A DNA stretch of 64,000 nt from Eledone cirrhosa (lineage: Eukaryota), in NCBI GenBank assembly GCA_964016885.1, contig OZ024744.1:18848001-18912000 (forward strand). Direction: 5' to 3'. Every line of letters begins with the position of its first letter. Within the stretch, counting starts at the first letter, position 1. The notes under the pieces are model-generated. The model ran no database searches. It had not been told where the DNA came from and saw only the letters and a list, made by a program, of their open reading frames with translations. Shown piece by piece: positions 40,892 to 55,300 of the stretch. A program made the translations under genes and the position numbers.

Positions 40892-43800
40892 GTATGTCTG
40901 TGTCACTGTGTAAGTCATTGTATCTTTGTGTATGTCTGTGGCACTCTGTATGTCGTTGTGTGTTTCTGTATGTATGTGTCTCTGTGTATGTCACTGTATA
41001 TTTGTGTATGTATGTGTCACTGTGTATGTCACTGTGAGTTTCTCTACGTCTGTGTCACTGTGTATGTCACTGTATGTCTCTGTATGTCTGTGTCACTGTC
41101 TATGTCACTGTATCTTTGTGTATGTCTGTGTCACTGTGTATGTCACTGTGTGTTTATGTATTTCTGTGTCTCTGTGTATGCCACTGTATCTTTGTGTATG
41201 TCTGCGTCACTGTGTATGTCACTGTGTGTTTCTGTATGTCTGTGTCACTGTGTATGTCGCAGTGTGTTTCTGTATATATGTGTCTCTGTGTATGTCAATG
41301 TATCTTTGTGTATGTCTGTGTCACTGTGTGTTTCTGTATGTCTGTGTCACTGTGTATGTCACTGTATGTTTGTGTGTGTCTGTGTCACTGTGTATGTCAC
41401 TGTGTGTTTGTGTATGTCTGTGTCACAGTATGTTTCTGTATGTCTGTGTCACTGTGTATGTCACTGTTTGTTTCTGTATGTATGTGTCACTGTGTATGTC
41501 ACCGTATGTGTGTGTATGTCTGTGTCACGGTGTATGTCACTGTATCTTTGTGTATGCCTGTGTCACTGTGTATGTCACTGTGTGTTTTTGTATGTCTGTG
41601 TCACTGTGTATGTCACTGTATGTTTGTGTGTGTCTGTGTCACTGTGTATGTCAATGTCTCTGTGTGTTTCTGTATGTCTTTGTCTCTGTGTATGTCACTG
41701 TATATTTGTGTATGTCTGTGTCACTGTGTATGTCACTGTATGTTTCTGTATGTCTGTGTCACTGTGTATATCAATGTGTGTTTCTGTATCTCTGTGTCAC
41801 GGTGTATGTCACAGCATGTTTGTGTATGTCTGTGTGACTGTGTATGTCACTGTGTGTTTCTGTATGGCTGTGTTACTGTGTATGTCACTGTATCTTTGTG
41901 TATGTATGTGTCACTGTGTATGTCACAGTGTGTTTCTGTATGTATGTGTCACTGTCTATGTCACTGTATGTTTCTGAATGTCTGTGTCACTGTGTATGTC
42001 ACTGTGTTTCTGTATGTCTGTGTCACGATGTATGTCACTGTATGTTTGTGTGTGACTGTGTCACTGTGTATGTCACTGTATGTTTGTGTATGTCTGTGTC
42101 ACTGTATGTTTCTGTATGTCTGTGTCACTGTGTATATCACTGTGTGTTTCTGTATGTCTGTGTCACTGTGTATGTCATTGTATATTTGTGTATGTCTGTG
42201 TCACTGTGTATGTCACTGTATGTTTCTGTAAGTTTGTGTCACTGTGTATGTCACTGTGTGTTTCTGTATGTCTGTGTCTCTGTGTATGTCATTGTATGTT
42301 TCTGTATGTCTGTTTCACTGTGTATGTCACTGTGTCTTTATGTATGTCTGTGTCACTCTGTATGTCACTGTATATTTCTGTATGTCTGTGTCACTGTGTA
42401 TGTCACTGTATGTTTCTGTATGTTTGTGTCACTGTGTATGTCACTGTATGTTTCTGTATGTCTGTTTCACTGTGTATGTCACTGTGTCTTTATGTATGTC
42501 TGTGTCACTCTGTATGTCACTGTATATTTTTGTATGTCTGTGTCACTGTGTATGTCACTGTATGTTTCTGTATGTCTGTGTCACTCTGTATGTCACTGTA
42601 TGTTTCTGTATGTCTGTGTCACTGTGTATGTCACTGTATGTTTCTGTATGTCTGTCTCACTGTGTATGCCACTGTGTGTTTCTGTATGTCTGTGTCACTC
42701 TGTATGTCACTGTATATTTCTGTATGTCTGTGTCACTGTGTATGTCACTGTATGTTTCTGTATGTCTGTGTCACTGTGTATGTCACTGTGTGTTTCTGTA
42801 TGTCTGTGTCACTGTATATGTCACTGTAACTTTGTGTATGCCTGTGTCACTGTTTATGTCACTGTATGTTTCTGTATATCTGTTTCACTGTGTATGTCAC
42901 TGTATATTTGTGTATGTCTGTGTCACTCTGTATGTCACTGTGTGTTTCTGTATGTCTGTGTCACTATGTATGCCACTGTATGTTTGTGTTATCTGTGTCA
43001 TTGTATATGTCACTGGGTGTTTCTGTATGTCTGTGTCACTGTGTATGACACTGTGTGTTTCTGTATGTATGTATCACTGTGTATGTCACTGTGTGTTTCT
43101 GTATGTCTGTGTCACTATGTAAGTCATTGTATCTTTGTGTATGTCACTGTGTATTTCCGTATGTCTGTGTCTCTGTGTATGTCACTGTATCTTTGTGTAT
43201 GTCTGTGTCACTGTGTGTTTCTGTATGTCTGTGTCACTGTGTATGTCACTGTATGTTTGTGTGTGTCTGTGTCACTGTGTATGTCACTGTGTGTTTGTGT
43301 ATGTCTGTGTCACTGTATGTTTCTGTATGTCTGTGTCACTGTGTATGTCACTGTTTGTTTCTGTATGTATGTGTCACTGTGTATGTCACCGTATGTGTGT
43401 GTATGTCTGTGTCATGGTGTATGTCACTGTATCTTTGTGTATGCCTGTGTCACTGTGTATGTCACTGTGTGTTTCTGTATGTCTGTGTCACTGTGTATGT
43501 CACTGTATGTTTGTGTGTGTCTGTGTCACTGTGTATGTCAATGTCTCTGTGTGTTTCTGTATGTCTGTGTCTCTGTGTATGTCACTGTATCTTTGTGTAT
43601 GTATGTGTCAATGTGTATGTCATTGTGTGTTTCTGTATGTCTGTGTCACTGTGTATATCACTGTGTGTTTCTGTATATCTGTGTCTCTGTGTATGTCACT
43701 GTTTGTTTGCGTGAATCTGTGTCACTGTTTATGTCACTGTGTGTTTCTGTATGTCTGTGTGACTCTGTATGTCACTGTGTGTTTGTGTATGTCTGTGTCA

Positions 43801-46800
43801 CTGTATGTTTCTGTATGTCTTTGTCACTGTGTATGTCACTGTGTGTTTCTGTATGTATGTGTCACCGTGTATGTCACTGTATCTTTGTGTATGCCTGTGT
43901 CACTGTGTATGTCACTGTGTGTTTCTGTATGTTTGTGTCATTGTGTATGTCACTAAATGTTTGTGTGTGTCTGTGTCCCTGTGTATGTCACTGTGTGTTT
44001 GCGTGTGTCTGTGTCACTGTGTATGTCACTGTGTGTTTCTGTATGTCTGTGTGACTGTGTATGTCACTGTTTGTGTATGTCTGTGTCACTGTGTGTGTTT
44101 CTGTATGTCTGTGTCACTGTGTATGTCATTGCATCTTTGTGTATGTCTGTCTCACTCTGTATGTCACTGTGTGTTTCTGCATGTCTGTGTCACTGTGTAT
44201 GTCACTGTGTGTTTCTGTATGTCTGTGTCACGGTGTATGTCACTGTATGTTTGTGTGTGACTGTGTCACTGTGTATGTCACTGTGTGTTTGTGTATGTCT
44301 GTGTCACTGTATGTTTCTGTATGTCTGTGTCACTGTGTATGTCACTGTGTGTTTCTGTATGTCTGTGTCACTGTGTATGTCATTGTATCTTTGTGTATGT
44401 CTGTGTCACTGTGTCTTTATGTATGTCTGTGTCACTCTGTATGTCACTGTATATTTCTGTATGTCTGTGTCACTGTGTATATCACTGTATGTTTCTGTAT
44501 GTCTGTGTCACTGTGTATGTCACTGTGTGTTTCTGTATGGCTGTGTCACTGTGTATGTCACTGTATTTTGTGTATGTCCGTGTCACTGTGTATGTCACAG
44601 TGTGTTTCTGTATGTCTGTGTCACTGTCTATGTCACTGTATGTTTCTGAATGTCTGTGTCACTGTGTATGTCACTGTGTGTTTGTGTATGTCTGTGTCAC
44701 TGTATGTTTCTGTATGTCTGTGTCACTGTGTATGACACTGTGTGGTTCTGTATGTCTGTGTCACTGTGTATGACATTGTATCTTTGTGTATGTCTGTGTC
44801 ACTGTGTATGTCACTGTATGTTTCTGTATGTTTGTGTCACTGTGTATGTCACTGTGTGTTTTTGTATGTCTGTGTCACTGTGTATGTCACTGTATGTTTC
44901 TGTATGTCTGTTTCACTGTGTATGTCACTGTGTATTTATGTATGTCTGTGTCACTCTGTATGTCACTGTATATTTCTGTATGTCTGTGTCACTGTGTATG
45001 TCACTGTATGTTTCTGTATGTCTGTGTCACTGTGTATGTCACTGTATGTTTCTGTATGTCTGTGTCACTGTGTATGTCACTGTATATTTGTGTATGTCTG
45101 TGTCCCTGTGTATGTCACTGTATGTTTCTGTATGTTTGTGTCACTGTGTATGTCACTGTGTGTTTCTGTATGTCTGTGTCACTGTGTATGTCACTGTGTG
45201 TTTCTGTATGTTTGTGTCACTGTGTATGTCACTAAATGTTTGTGTGTGTATGTGTCTCTGTGTATGTCACTGTTTGTTTGCGTGTGTCTGTGTCACTGTG
45301 TATGTCACTGTGTGTTTCTGTATGTCTGTGTGACTGTGTATGTCACTGTGTGTTTGTGTATGTCTGTGTCACTGTATGTTTCTGTATGTCTGTGTCACTG
45401 TATATGTCACTGTGTGTTTCTGTATGTATGTGTCACCGTGTATGTCACTGTATCTTTGTGTATGCCTGTGTCACTGTGTATGTCACTGTGTGTTTCTGTA
45501 TGTTTGTGTTACTGTGTATGTCACTAAATGTTTGTGTGTGTCTGTGTCTCTGTGTATGTCACTGTGTGTTTGCGTGTGTCTGTGTCACTGTGTATGTCAC
45601 TGTGTGTTTCTGTATGTCTGTGTCACTGTGTATGTCACTGTATGTTTCTGTATGTCTGTTTCACTGTGTATATCACTGTGTGTTTCTGTATGTCTGTGTC
45701 ACTGTATATGTCACTGTATCTTTGTGTATGCCTGTGTCACTGTCTATGTCACTGTATGTTTATGTATGTCTGTTTCACTCTGTATGTCACTGTATATTTG
45801 TGTATGTCTGTGTCACTCTGTATGTCACTGTGTGTTTCTGTATGTCTGTGTCACTATGTATGCCACTGTATATTTGTGTTGTCTGTGTCATCGTGTATGT
45901 CACTGTGTCTTTCTGTATGTATGTATCACTGTGTATGTCACTGTGTGTATCTGTATGTCTGTGTCACTGTGTAAGTCATTGTATCTTTGTGTATGTCTGT
46001 GGCACACTGTATGTCGTTGTGTGTTTCTGTATGTACGTGTCTCTGTGTATGTCACTGTATATTTGTGTATGTATGTGTCACTGTGTATGTCACTGTGTGT
46101 TTCTGTATGTCTGTGTCTCTGTGTATGTCACTGTATCTTTGTGTATGTATGTGTCACTGTGTATGTCACTGTGTGTTTCTGTATGTCTGTGTCACTGTGT
46201 ATATCACTGTGTGTTTCTGTATATCTGTGTCTCTGTGTATGTCACTGTATCTTTGTGTATGCCTGGGTCACTGTGTATGTCACTGTATATTTGTGTATGT
46301 CTGTGTCACGGTGTATATCACTGTATGTTTGTGTATGTCTGTGTCACTGTGTATGTCACTGTATGTTTCTGTATGTCTGTGTCACTGTGTATATCAATGT
46401 GTGTTTCTGTATCTCTGTGTCACGGTGTATGTCACTGCATGTTTGTGTATGTCTGTGTGACTGTGTATGTCACTGTGTGTTTCTGTATGGCTGTGTCACT
46501 GTGTATGTCACTGTATCTTTGTGTATGTTTGTATCACTGTGTATGTCACTGTGTGTTTATGTATGTCTGTGTCTCTGTGTATGTCACTGTATCTTTGCGT
46601 ATGTCTGTGTCACTGTGTAAGTCATTGTATCTTTGTGTATGTCTGTGGCACTCTGTATGTCGTTGTGTGTTTCTGTATGTATGTGTCTCTGTGTATGTCA
46701 CTGTATATTTGTGTATGTATGTGTCACTGTGTATGTCACTGTGAGTTTCTCTACGTCTGTGTCACTGTGTATGTCACTGTATGTCTCTGTATGTCTGTGT

Positions 46801-49800
46801 CACTGTCTATGTCACTGTATCTTTGTGTATGTCTGTGTCACTGTGTATGTCACTGTGTGTTTATGTATTTCTGTGTCTCTGTGTATGCCACTGTATCTTT
46901 GTGTATGTCTGCGTCACTGTGTATGTCACTGTGTGTTTCTGTATGTCTGTGTCACTGTGTATGTCGCAGTGTGTTTCTGTATATATGTGTCTCTGTGTAT
47001 GTCAATGTATCTTTGTGTATGTCTGTGTCACTGTGTGTTTCTGTATGTCTGTGTCACTGTGTATGTCACTGTATGTTTGTGTGTGTCTGTGTCACTGTGT
47101 ATGTCACTGTGTGTTTGTGTATGTCTGTGTCACAGTATGTTTCTGTATGTCTGTGTCACTGTGTATGTCACTGTTTGTTTCTGTATGTATGTGTCACTGT
47201 GTATGTCACCGTATGTGTGTGTATGTCTGTGTCACGGTGTATGTCACTGTATCTTTGTGTATGCCTGTGTCACTGTGTATGTCACTGTGTGTTTTTGTAT
47301 GTCTGTGTCACTGTGTATGTCACTGTATGTTTGTGTGTGTCTGTGTCACTGTGTATGTCAATGTCTCTGTGTGTTTCTGTATGTCTTTGTCTCTGTGTAT
47401 GTCACTGTATATTTGTGTATGTCTGTGTCACTGTGTATGTCACTGTATGTTTCTGTATGTCTGTGTCACTGTGTATATCAATGTGTGTTTCTGTATCTCT
47501 GTGTCACGGTGTATGTCACAGCATGTTTGTGTATGTCTGTGTGACTGTGTATGTCACTGTGTGTTTCTGTATGGCTGTGTTACTGTGTATGTCACTGTAT
47601 CTTTGTGTATGTATGTGTCACTGTGTATGTCACAGTGTGTTTCTGTATGTATGTGTCACTGTCTATGTCACTGTATGTTTCTGAATGTCTGTGTCACTGT
47701 GTATGTCACTGTGTTTCTGTATGTCTGTGTCACGATGTATGTCACTGTATGTTTGTGTGTGACTGTGTCACTGTGTATGTCACTGTATGTTTGTGTATGT
47801 CTGTGTCACTGTATGTTTCTGTATGTCTGTGTCACTGTGTATATCACTGTGTGTTTCTGTATGTCTGTGTCACTGTGTATGTCATTGTATATTTGTGTAT
47901 GTCTGTGTCACTGTGTATGTCACTGTATGTTTCTGTAAGTTTGTGTCACTGTGTATGTCACTGTGTGTTTCTGTATGTCTGTGTCTCTGTGTATGTCATT
48001 GTATGTTTCTGTATGTCTGTTTCACTGTGTATGTCACTGTGTCTTTATGTATGTCTGTGTCACTCTGTATGTCACTGTATATTTCTGTATGTCTGTGTCA
48101 CTGTGTATGTCACTGTATGTTTCTGTATGTTTGTGTCACTGTGTATGTCACTGTATGTTTCTGTATGTCTGTTTCACTGTGTATGTCACTGTGTCTTTAT
48201 GTATGTCTGTGTCACTCTGTATGTCACTGTATATTTTTGTATGTCTGTGTCACTGTGTATGTCACTGTATGTTTCTGTATGTCTGTGTCACTCTGTATGT
48301 CACTGTATGTTTCTGTATGTCTGTGTCACTGTGTATGTCACTGTATGTTTCTGTATGTCTGTCTCACTGTGTATGCCACTGTGTGTTTCTGTATGTCTGT
48401 GTCACTCTGTATGTCACTGTATATTTCTGTATGTCTGTGTCACTGTGTATGTCACTGTATGTTTCTGTATGTCTGTGTCACTGTGTATGTCACTGTGTGT
48501 TTCTGTATGTCTGTGTCACTGTATATGTCACTGTAACTTTGTGTATGCCTGTGTCACTGTTTATGTCACTGTATGTTTCTGTATATCTGTTTCACTGTGT
48601 ATGTCACTGTATATTTGTGTATGTCTGTGTCACTCTGTATGTCACTGTGTGTTTCTGTATGTCTGTGTCACTATGTATGCCACTGTATGTTTGTGTTATC
48701 TGTGTCATTGTATATGTCACTGGGTGTTTCTGTATGTCTGTGTCACTGTGTATGACACTGTGTGTTTCTGTATGTATGTATCACTGTGTATGTCACTGTG
48801 TGTTTCTGTATGTCTGTGTCACTATGTAAGTCATTGTATCTTTGTGTATGTCACTGTGTATTTCCGTATGTCTGTGTCTCTGTGTATGTCACTGTATCTT
48901 TGTGTATGTCTGTGTCACTGTGTGTTTCTGTATGTCTGTGTCACTGTGTATGTCACTGTATGTTTGTGTGTGTCTGTGTCACTGTGTATGTCACTGTGTG
49001 TTTGTGTATGTCTGTGTCACTGTATGTTTCTGTATGTCTGTGTCACTGTGTATGTCACTGTTTGTTTCTGTATGTATGTGTCACTGTGTATGTCACCGTA
49101 TGTGTGTGTATGTCTGTGTCATGGTGTATGTCACTGTATCTTTGTGTATGCCTGTGTCACTGTGTATGTCACTGTGTGTTTCTGTATGTCTGTGTCACTG
49201 TGTATGTCACTGTATGTTTGTGTGTGTCTGTGTCACTGTGTATGTCAATGTCTCTGTGTGTTTCTGTATGTCTGTGTCTCTGTGTATGTCACTGTATCTT
49301 TGTGTATGTATGTGTCAATGTGTATGTCATTGTGTGTTTCTGTATGTCTGTGTCACTGTGTATATCACTGTGTGTTTCTGTATATCTGTGTCTCTGTGTA
49401 TGTCACTGTTTGTTTGCGTGAATCTGTGTCACTGTTTATGTCACTGTGTGTTTCTGTATGTCTGTGTGACTCTGTATGTCACTGTGTGTTTGTGTATGTC
49501 TGTGTCACTGTATGTTTCTGTATGTCTTTGTCACTGTGTATGTCACTGTGTGTTTCTGTATGTATGTGTCACCGTGTATGTCACTGTATCTTTGTGTATG
49601 CCTGTGTCACTGTGTATGTCACTGTGTGTTTCTGTATGTTTGTGTCATTGTGTATGTCACTAAATGTTTGTGTGTGTCTGTGTCCCTGTGTATGTCACTG
49701 TGTGTTTGCGTGTGTCTGTGTCACTGTGTATGTCACTGTGTGTTTCTGTATGTCTGTGTGACTGTGTATGTCACTGTTTGTGTATGTCTGTGTCACTGTG

Positions 49801-52314
49801 TGTGTTTCTGTATGTCTGTGTCACTGTGTATGTCATTGCATCTTTGTGTATGTCTGTCTCACTCTGTATGTCACTGTGTGTTTCTGCATGTCTGTGTCAC
49901 TGTGTATGTCACTGTGTGTTTCTGTATGTCTGTGTCACGGTGTATGTCACTGTATGTTTGTGTGTGACTGTGTCACTGTGTATGTCACTGTGTGTTTGTG
50001 TATGTCTGTGTCACTGTATGTTTCTGTATGTCTGTGTCACTGTGTATGTCACTGTGTGTTTCTGTATGTCTGTGTCACTGTGTATGTCATTGTATCTTTG
50101 TGTATGTCTGTGTCACTGTGTCTTTATGTATGTCTGTGTCACTCTGTATGTCACTGTATATTTCTGTATGTCTGTGTCACTGTGTATATCACTGTATGTT
50201 TCTGTATGTCTGTGTCACTGTGTATGTCACTGTGTGTTTCTGTATGGCTGTGTCACTGTGTATGTCACTGTATTTTGTGTATGTCCGTGTCACTGTGTAT
50301 GTCACAGTGTGTTTCTGTATGTCTGTGTCACTGTCTATGTCACTGTATGTTTCTGAATGTCTGTGTCACTGTGTATGTCACTGTGTGTTTGTGTATGTCT
50401 GTGTCACTGTATGTTTCTGTATGTCTGTGTCACTGTGTATGACACTGTGTGGTTCTGTATGTCTGTGTCACTGTGTATGACATTGTATCTTTGTGTATGT
50501 CTGTGTCACTGTGTATGTCACTGTATGTTTCTGTATGTTTGTGTCACTGTGTATGTCACTGTGTGTTTTTGTATGTCTGTGTCACTGTGTATGTCACTGT
50601 ATGTTTCTGTATGTCTGTTTCACTGTGTATGTCACTGTGTATTTATGTATGTCTGTGTCACTCTGTATGTCACTGTATATTTCTGTATGTCTGTGTCACT
50701 GTGTATGTCACTGTATGTTTCTGTATGTCTGTGTCACTGTGTATGTCACTGTATGTTTCTGTATGTCTGTGTCACTGTGTATGTCACTGTATATTTGTGT
50801 ATGTCTGTGTCCCTGTGTATGTCACTGTATGTTTCTGTATGTTTGTGTCACTGTGTATGTCACTGTGTGTTTCTGTATGTCTGTGTCACTGTGTATGTCA
50901 CTGTGTGTTTCTGTATGTTTGTGTCACTGTGTATGTCACTAAATGTTTGTGTGTGTATGTGTCTCTGTGTATGTCACTGTTTGTTTGCGTGTGTCTGTGT
51001 CACTGTGTATGTCACTGTGTGTTTCTGTATGTCTGTGTGACTGTGTATGTCACTGTGTGTTTGTGTATGTCTGTGTCACTGTATGTTTCTGTATGTCTGT
51101 GTCACTGTATATGTCACTGTGTGTTTCTGTATGTATGTGTCACCGTGTATGTCACTGTATCTTTGTGTATGCCTGTGTCACTGTGTATGTCACTGTGTGT
51201 TTCTGTATGTTTGTGTTACTGTGTATGTCACTAAATGTTTGTGTGTGTCTGTGTCTCTGTGTATGTCACTGTGTGTTTGCGTGTGTCTGTGTCACTGTGT
51301 ATGTCACTGTGTGTTTCTGTATGTCTGTGTCACTGTGTATGTCACTGTATGTTTCTGTATGTCTGTTTCACTGTGTATATCACTGTGTGTTTCTGTATGT
51401 CTGTGTCACTGTATATGTCACTGTATCTTTGTGTATGCCTGTGTCACTGTCTATGTCACTGTATGTTTATGTATGTCTGTTTCACTCTGTATGTCACTGT
51501 ATATTTGTGTATGTCTGTGTCACTCTGTATGTCACTGTGTGTTTCTGTATGTCTGTGTCACTATGTATGCCACTGTATATTTGTGTTGTCTGTGTCATCG
51601 TGTATGTCACTGTGTCTTTCTGTATGTATGTATCACTGTGTATGTCACTGTGTGTATCTGTATGTCTGTGTCACTGTGTAAGTCATTGTATCTTTGTGTA
51701 TGTCTGTGGCACACTGTATGTCGTTGTGTGTTTCTGTATGTACGTGTCTCTGTGTATGTCACTGTATATTTGTGTATGTATGTGTCACTGTGTATGTCAC
51801 TGTGTGTTTCTGTATGTCTGTGTCTCTGTGTATGTCACTGTATCTTTGTGTATGTATGTGTCACTGTGTATGTCACTGTGTGTTTCTGTATGTCTGTGTC
51901 ACTGTGTATATCACTGTGTGTTTCTGTATATCTGTGTCTCTGTGTATGTCACTGTATCTTTGTGTATGCCTGGGTCACTGTGTATGTCACTGTATATTTG
52001 TGTATGTCTGTGTCACGGTGTATATCACTGTATGTTTGTGTATGTCTGTGTCACTGTGTATGTCACTGTATGTTTCTGTATGTCTGTGTCACTGTGTATA
52101 TCAATGTGTGTTTCTGTATCTCTGTGTCACGGTGTATGTCACTGCATGTTTGTGTATGTCTGTGTGACTGTGTATGTCACTGTGTGTTTCTGTATGGCTG
52201 TGTCACTGTGTATGTCACTGTATCTTTGTGTATGTTTGTATCACTGTGTATGTCACTGTGTGTTTATGTATGTCTGTGTCTCTGTGTATGTCACTGTATC
52301 TTTGCGTATGTCTG
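40892..52314. repeat. Near-perfect 5,707-bp tandem duplication within the satellite (copy 1 ~40892-46598, copy 2 ~46599-52314)
   Basis: ORF pairs with matching translations at a constant offset of 5707 (40926/46633, 41844/47551, 43055/48762, 44650/50357, 45987/51694). Discriminating bases 40891 T vs 46598 C and 46608 T vs 52315 C place the junction at 46599-46607. Confidence 0.93.
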
Positions 52315-55300
52315 CGTCACTGTGTATGTCACTGTGTGTTTCTGTATGTCTGTGTCACTGTGTATGTCACAGTGTGTTTCTGTATATCTGTGTCTCTGTG
52401 TATGTCACTGTATCTTTGTGTATGTCTGTGTCACTGTGTATGTCACTGTATGTTTCTGTATGTATGTTTCACTGTGTATGTCACTAAATGTTTGTGTGTG
52501 TCTGTGTCTCTGTGTATGTCACTGTGTGTTTGCGTGTGTCTGTGTCACTGTGTATGTCACTGTGTGTTTCTGTATGTCTGTGTGACTGTGTATGTCACTG
52601 TTTGTTTGTGTATGTCTATGTCACTGTGTGTGTTTCTGTATGTCTGTGTCACTGTGTATGTCATTGCATCTTTGTGTATGTCTGTGTCACTGTGTATGTC
52701 ACTGTATGTTTCTGTATGTTTGTGTCACTGTGTATGTCACTGTGTGTTTCTGTATGTCTGTGTCTCTGTGTATGTCACTGTATGTTTCTGTATGTCTGTT
52801 TCACTGTGTATGTCACTGTGTCTTTATGTATGTCTGTGTCACTCTGTATGTCACTGTATATTTCTGTATGTCTGTGTCACTGTGTATGTCACTGTATGTT
52901 TCTGTATGTCTGTGTCACTGTGTATGTCACTGTATGTTTCTGTATGTCTGTGTCACTGTGTATGTCACTGTATCTTTGTGTATGTCTGTGTCCCTGTGTA
53001 TGTCACTGTTTGTTTCTGTATGTTTGTGTCACTGTGTATGTCACTGTGTATTTCTGTATGTCTGTGTCACTGTGTATGTCACTGTGTGTTTCTGTATGTT
53101 TGTGTCACTGTGTATGTCACTAAATGTTTGTTTGTGTCTGTGTCTCTGTGTATGTCACTGTTTGTTTGCGTGTGTCTGTGTCACTGTGTATGTCACTGTG
53201 TGTTTGTGTATGTCTGTGTGACTGTGTATGTCACTGTGTGTTTGTGTATGTCTGTGTCACTGTATGTTTCTGTATGTCTGTGTCACTGTGTATGTCACTG
53301 TGTGTTTCTGTATGTATGTGTCACCGTGTATGTCACTGTATCTTTGTGTATGCCTGTGTCACTGTGTATGTCACTGTGTGTTTCTGTATGTTTGTGTCAC
53401 TGTGTATGTCACTAAATGTTTGTGTGTGTCTGTGTCTCTGTGTATGTCACTGTATGTTTGCGTGTGTCTGTGTCACTGTGTATGTCACTGTGTGTGTTTC
53501 TGTATGTCTGTGTCACTGTGTATGTCATTGCATCTTTGTGTATGCCTGTCTCACTCTGTATGTCACTGTGTGTTTCTGTATGTCTGTGTCACTGTGTATG
53601 TCACTGTATGTTTCTGTATGTCTGTTTCACTGTGTATGTCACTGTATATGTGTGTATGTCTGTGTCACTCTGTATGTCACTGTTTGTTTCTGTATGTCTA
53701 TGACACTATGTATGCCACTGTATATTTGTGTTGTCTGTGTCATTGTGTATGTCACTGGGTGTTTCTGTATGTCTGTGTCACTGTGTATGACACTGTGTCT
53801 TTCTGTATGTATGTATCACTGTGTATGTCACTGTGTATATCTGTATGTCTGTGTCACTCTGTAAGTCATTGTATCTTTGTGTATGTCTGTGGCCCTCTGT
53901 ATGTCGTTGTGTGTTTCTGTATGTATGTGTCTCTGTGTATGTCACTGTATATTTGTGTATGTATGTGTCACTGTGTATGTCACTGTGAGTTTCTCTACGT
54001 CTGTGTCACTGTGTATGTCACTGTATGTCTCTGTATGTCTGTGTCACTGTCTATGTCACTGTATCTTTGTGTATGTCTGTGTCACTGTGTATGTCACTGT
54101 GTGTTTATGTATTTCTGTGTCTCTGTGTATGCCACTGTATCTTTGTGCATGTCTGCGTCACTGTGTATGTCACTGTGTGTTTCTGTATGTCTGTGTCACT
54201 GTGTATGTCGCAGTGTGTTTCTGTATATATGTGTCTCTGTGTATGTCAATGTATCTTTGTGTATGTCTGTGTCACTGTGTGTTTCTGTATGTCTGTGTCA
54301 CTGTGTATGTCACTGTATGTTTGTGTGTGTCTGTGTCACTGTGTATGTCACTGTGTGTTTGTGTATGTCTGTGTCACAGTATGTTTCTGTATGTCTGTGT
54401 CACTGTGTATGTCACTGTTTGTTTCTGTATGTATGTGTCACTGTGTATGTCACCGTATGTGAGTGTATGTCTGTGTCACGGTGTATGTCACTGTATCTTT
54501 GTGTATGCCTGTGTCACTGTGTATGTCACTGTGTGTTTTTGTATGTCTGTGTCACTGTGTATGTCACTGTATGTTTGTGTGTGTCTGTGTCACTGTGTAT
54601 GTCAATGTCTCTGTGTGTTTCTGTATGTCTTTGTCTCTGTGTATGTAACTGTATCTTTGTGTATGTATGTGTCACTGTGTATGTCACTGTGTGTTTCTGT
54701 ATGTCTGTGTCACTGTGTATATCACTGTGTGTTTCTGTATATCTGTGTCTCTGTGTATGTCACTGTATCTTCGTGTATGTCTGGGTCACTGTGTATGTCA
54801 CTGTATATTTGTGTATGTCTGTGTCACCGTGTATGTCACTGTATGTTTCTGTATGTCTGTGTCACTGTGTATATCAATGTGTGTTTCTGTATCTCTGTGT
54901 CACGGTGTATGTCACAGCATGTTTGTGTATGTCTGTGTGACTGTGTATGTCACTGTGTGTTTCTGTATGGCTGTGTCACTGTGTATGTCACTGTAACTTT
55001 GTGTATGTCTGTGTCACTGTGTATGTCACAGTGTGTTTCTGTATGTCTGTGTCACTGTCTATGTCACTGTATGTTTCTGAATGTCTGTGTCACTGTGTAT
55101 GTCACTGTGTTTCTGTATGTCTGTGTCACGATGTATGTCACTGTATGTTTGTGTGTGACTGTGTCACTGTGTATGTCACTGTATGTTTGTGTATGTCTGT
55201 GTCACTGTATGTTTCTGTATGTCTGTGTCACTGTGTATGTCACTGTGTGTTTCTGTATGTCTGTGTCACTGTGTATGTCATTGTATATTTGTGTATGTCT

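Larger units (their letters stand above)
11690..42530. repeat. ~10-kb higher-order repeat (HOR-B), three copies (~11.7-22.6, ~22.6-32.3, ~32.3-42.5 kb); boundaries approximate
   Basis: Private variants recur three times: TATTCTG 1-bp deletion (~11921, ~22866, ~32510), GGGTCGTCAC +3 insertion (~16217, ~26578, ~36804), ATGTTGTG deletion (~17216, ~27576, ~37803). ORF triplets 11798/22743/32387, 15331/25692/35918 and 17347/27669/37934. Confidence 0.9.
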
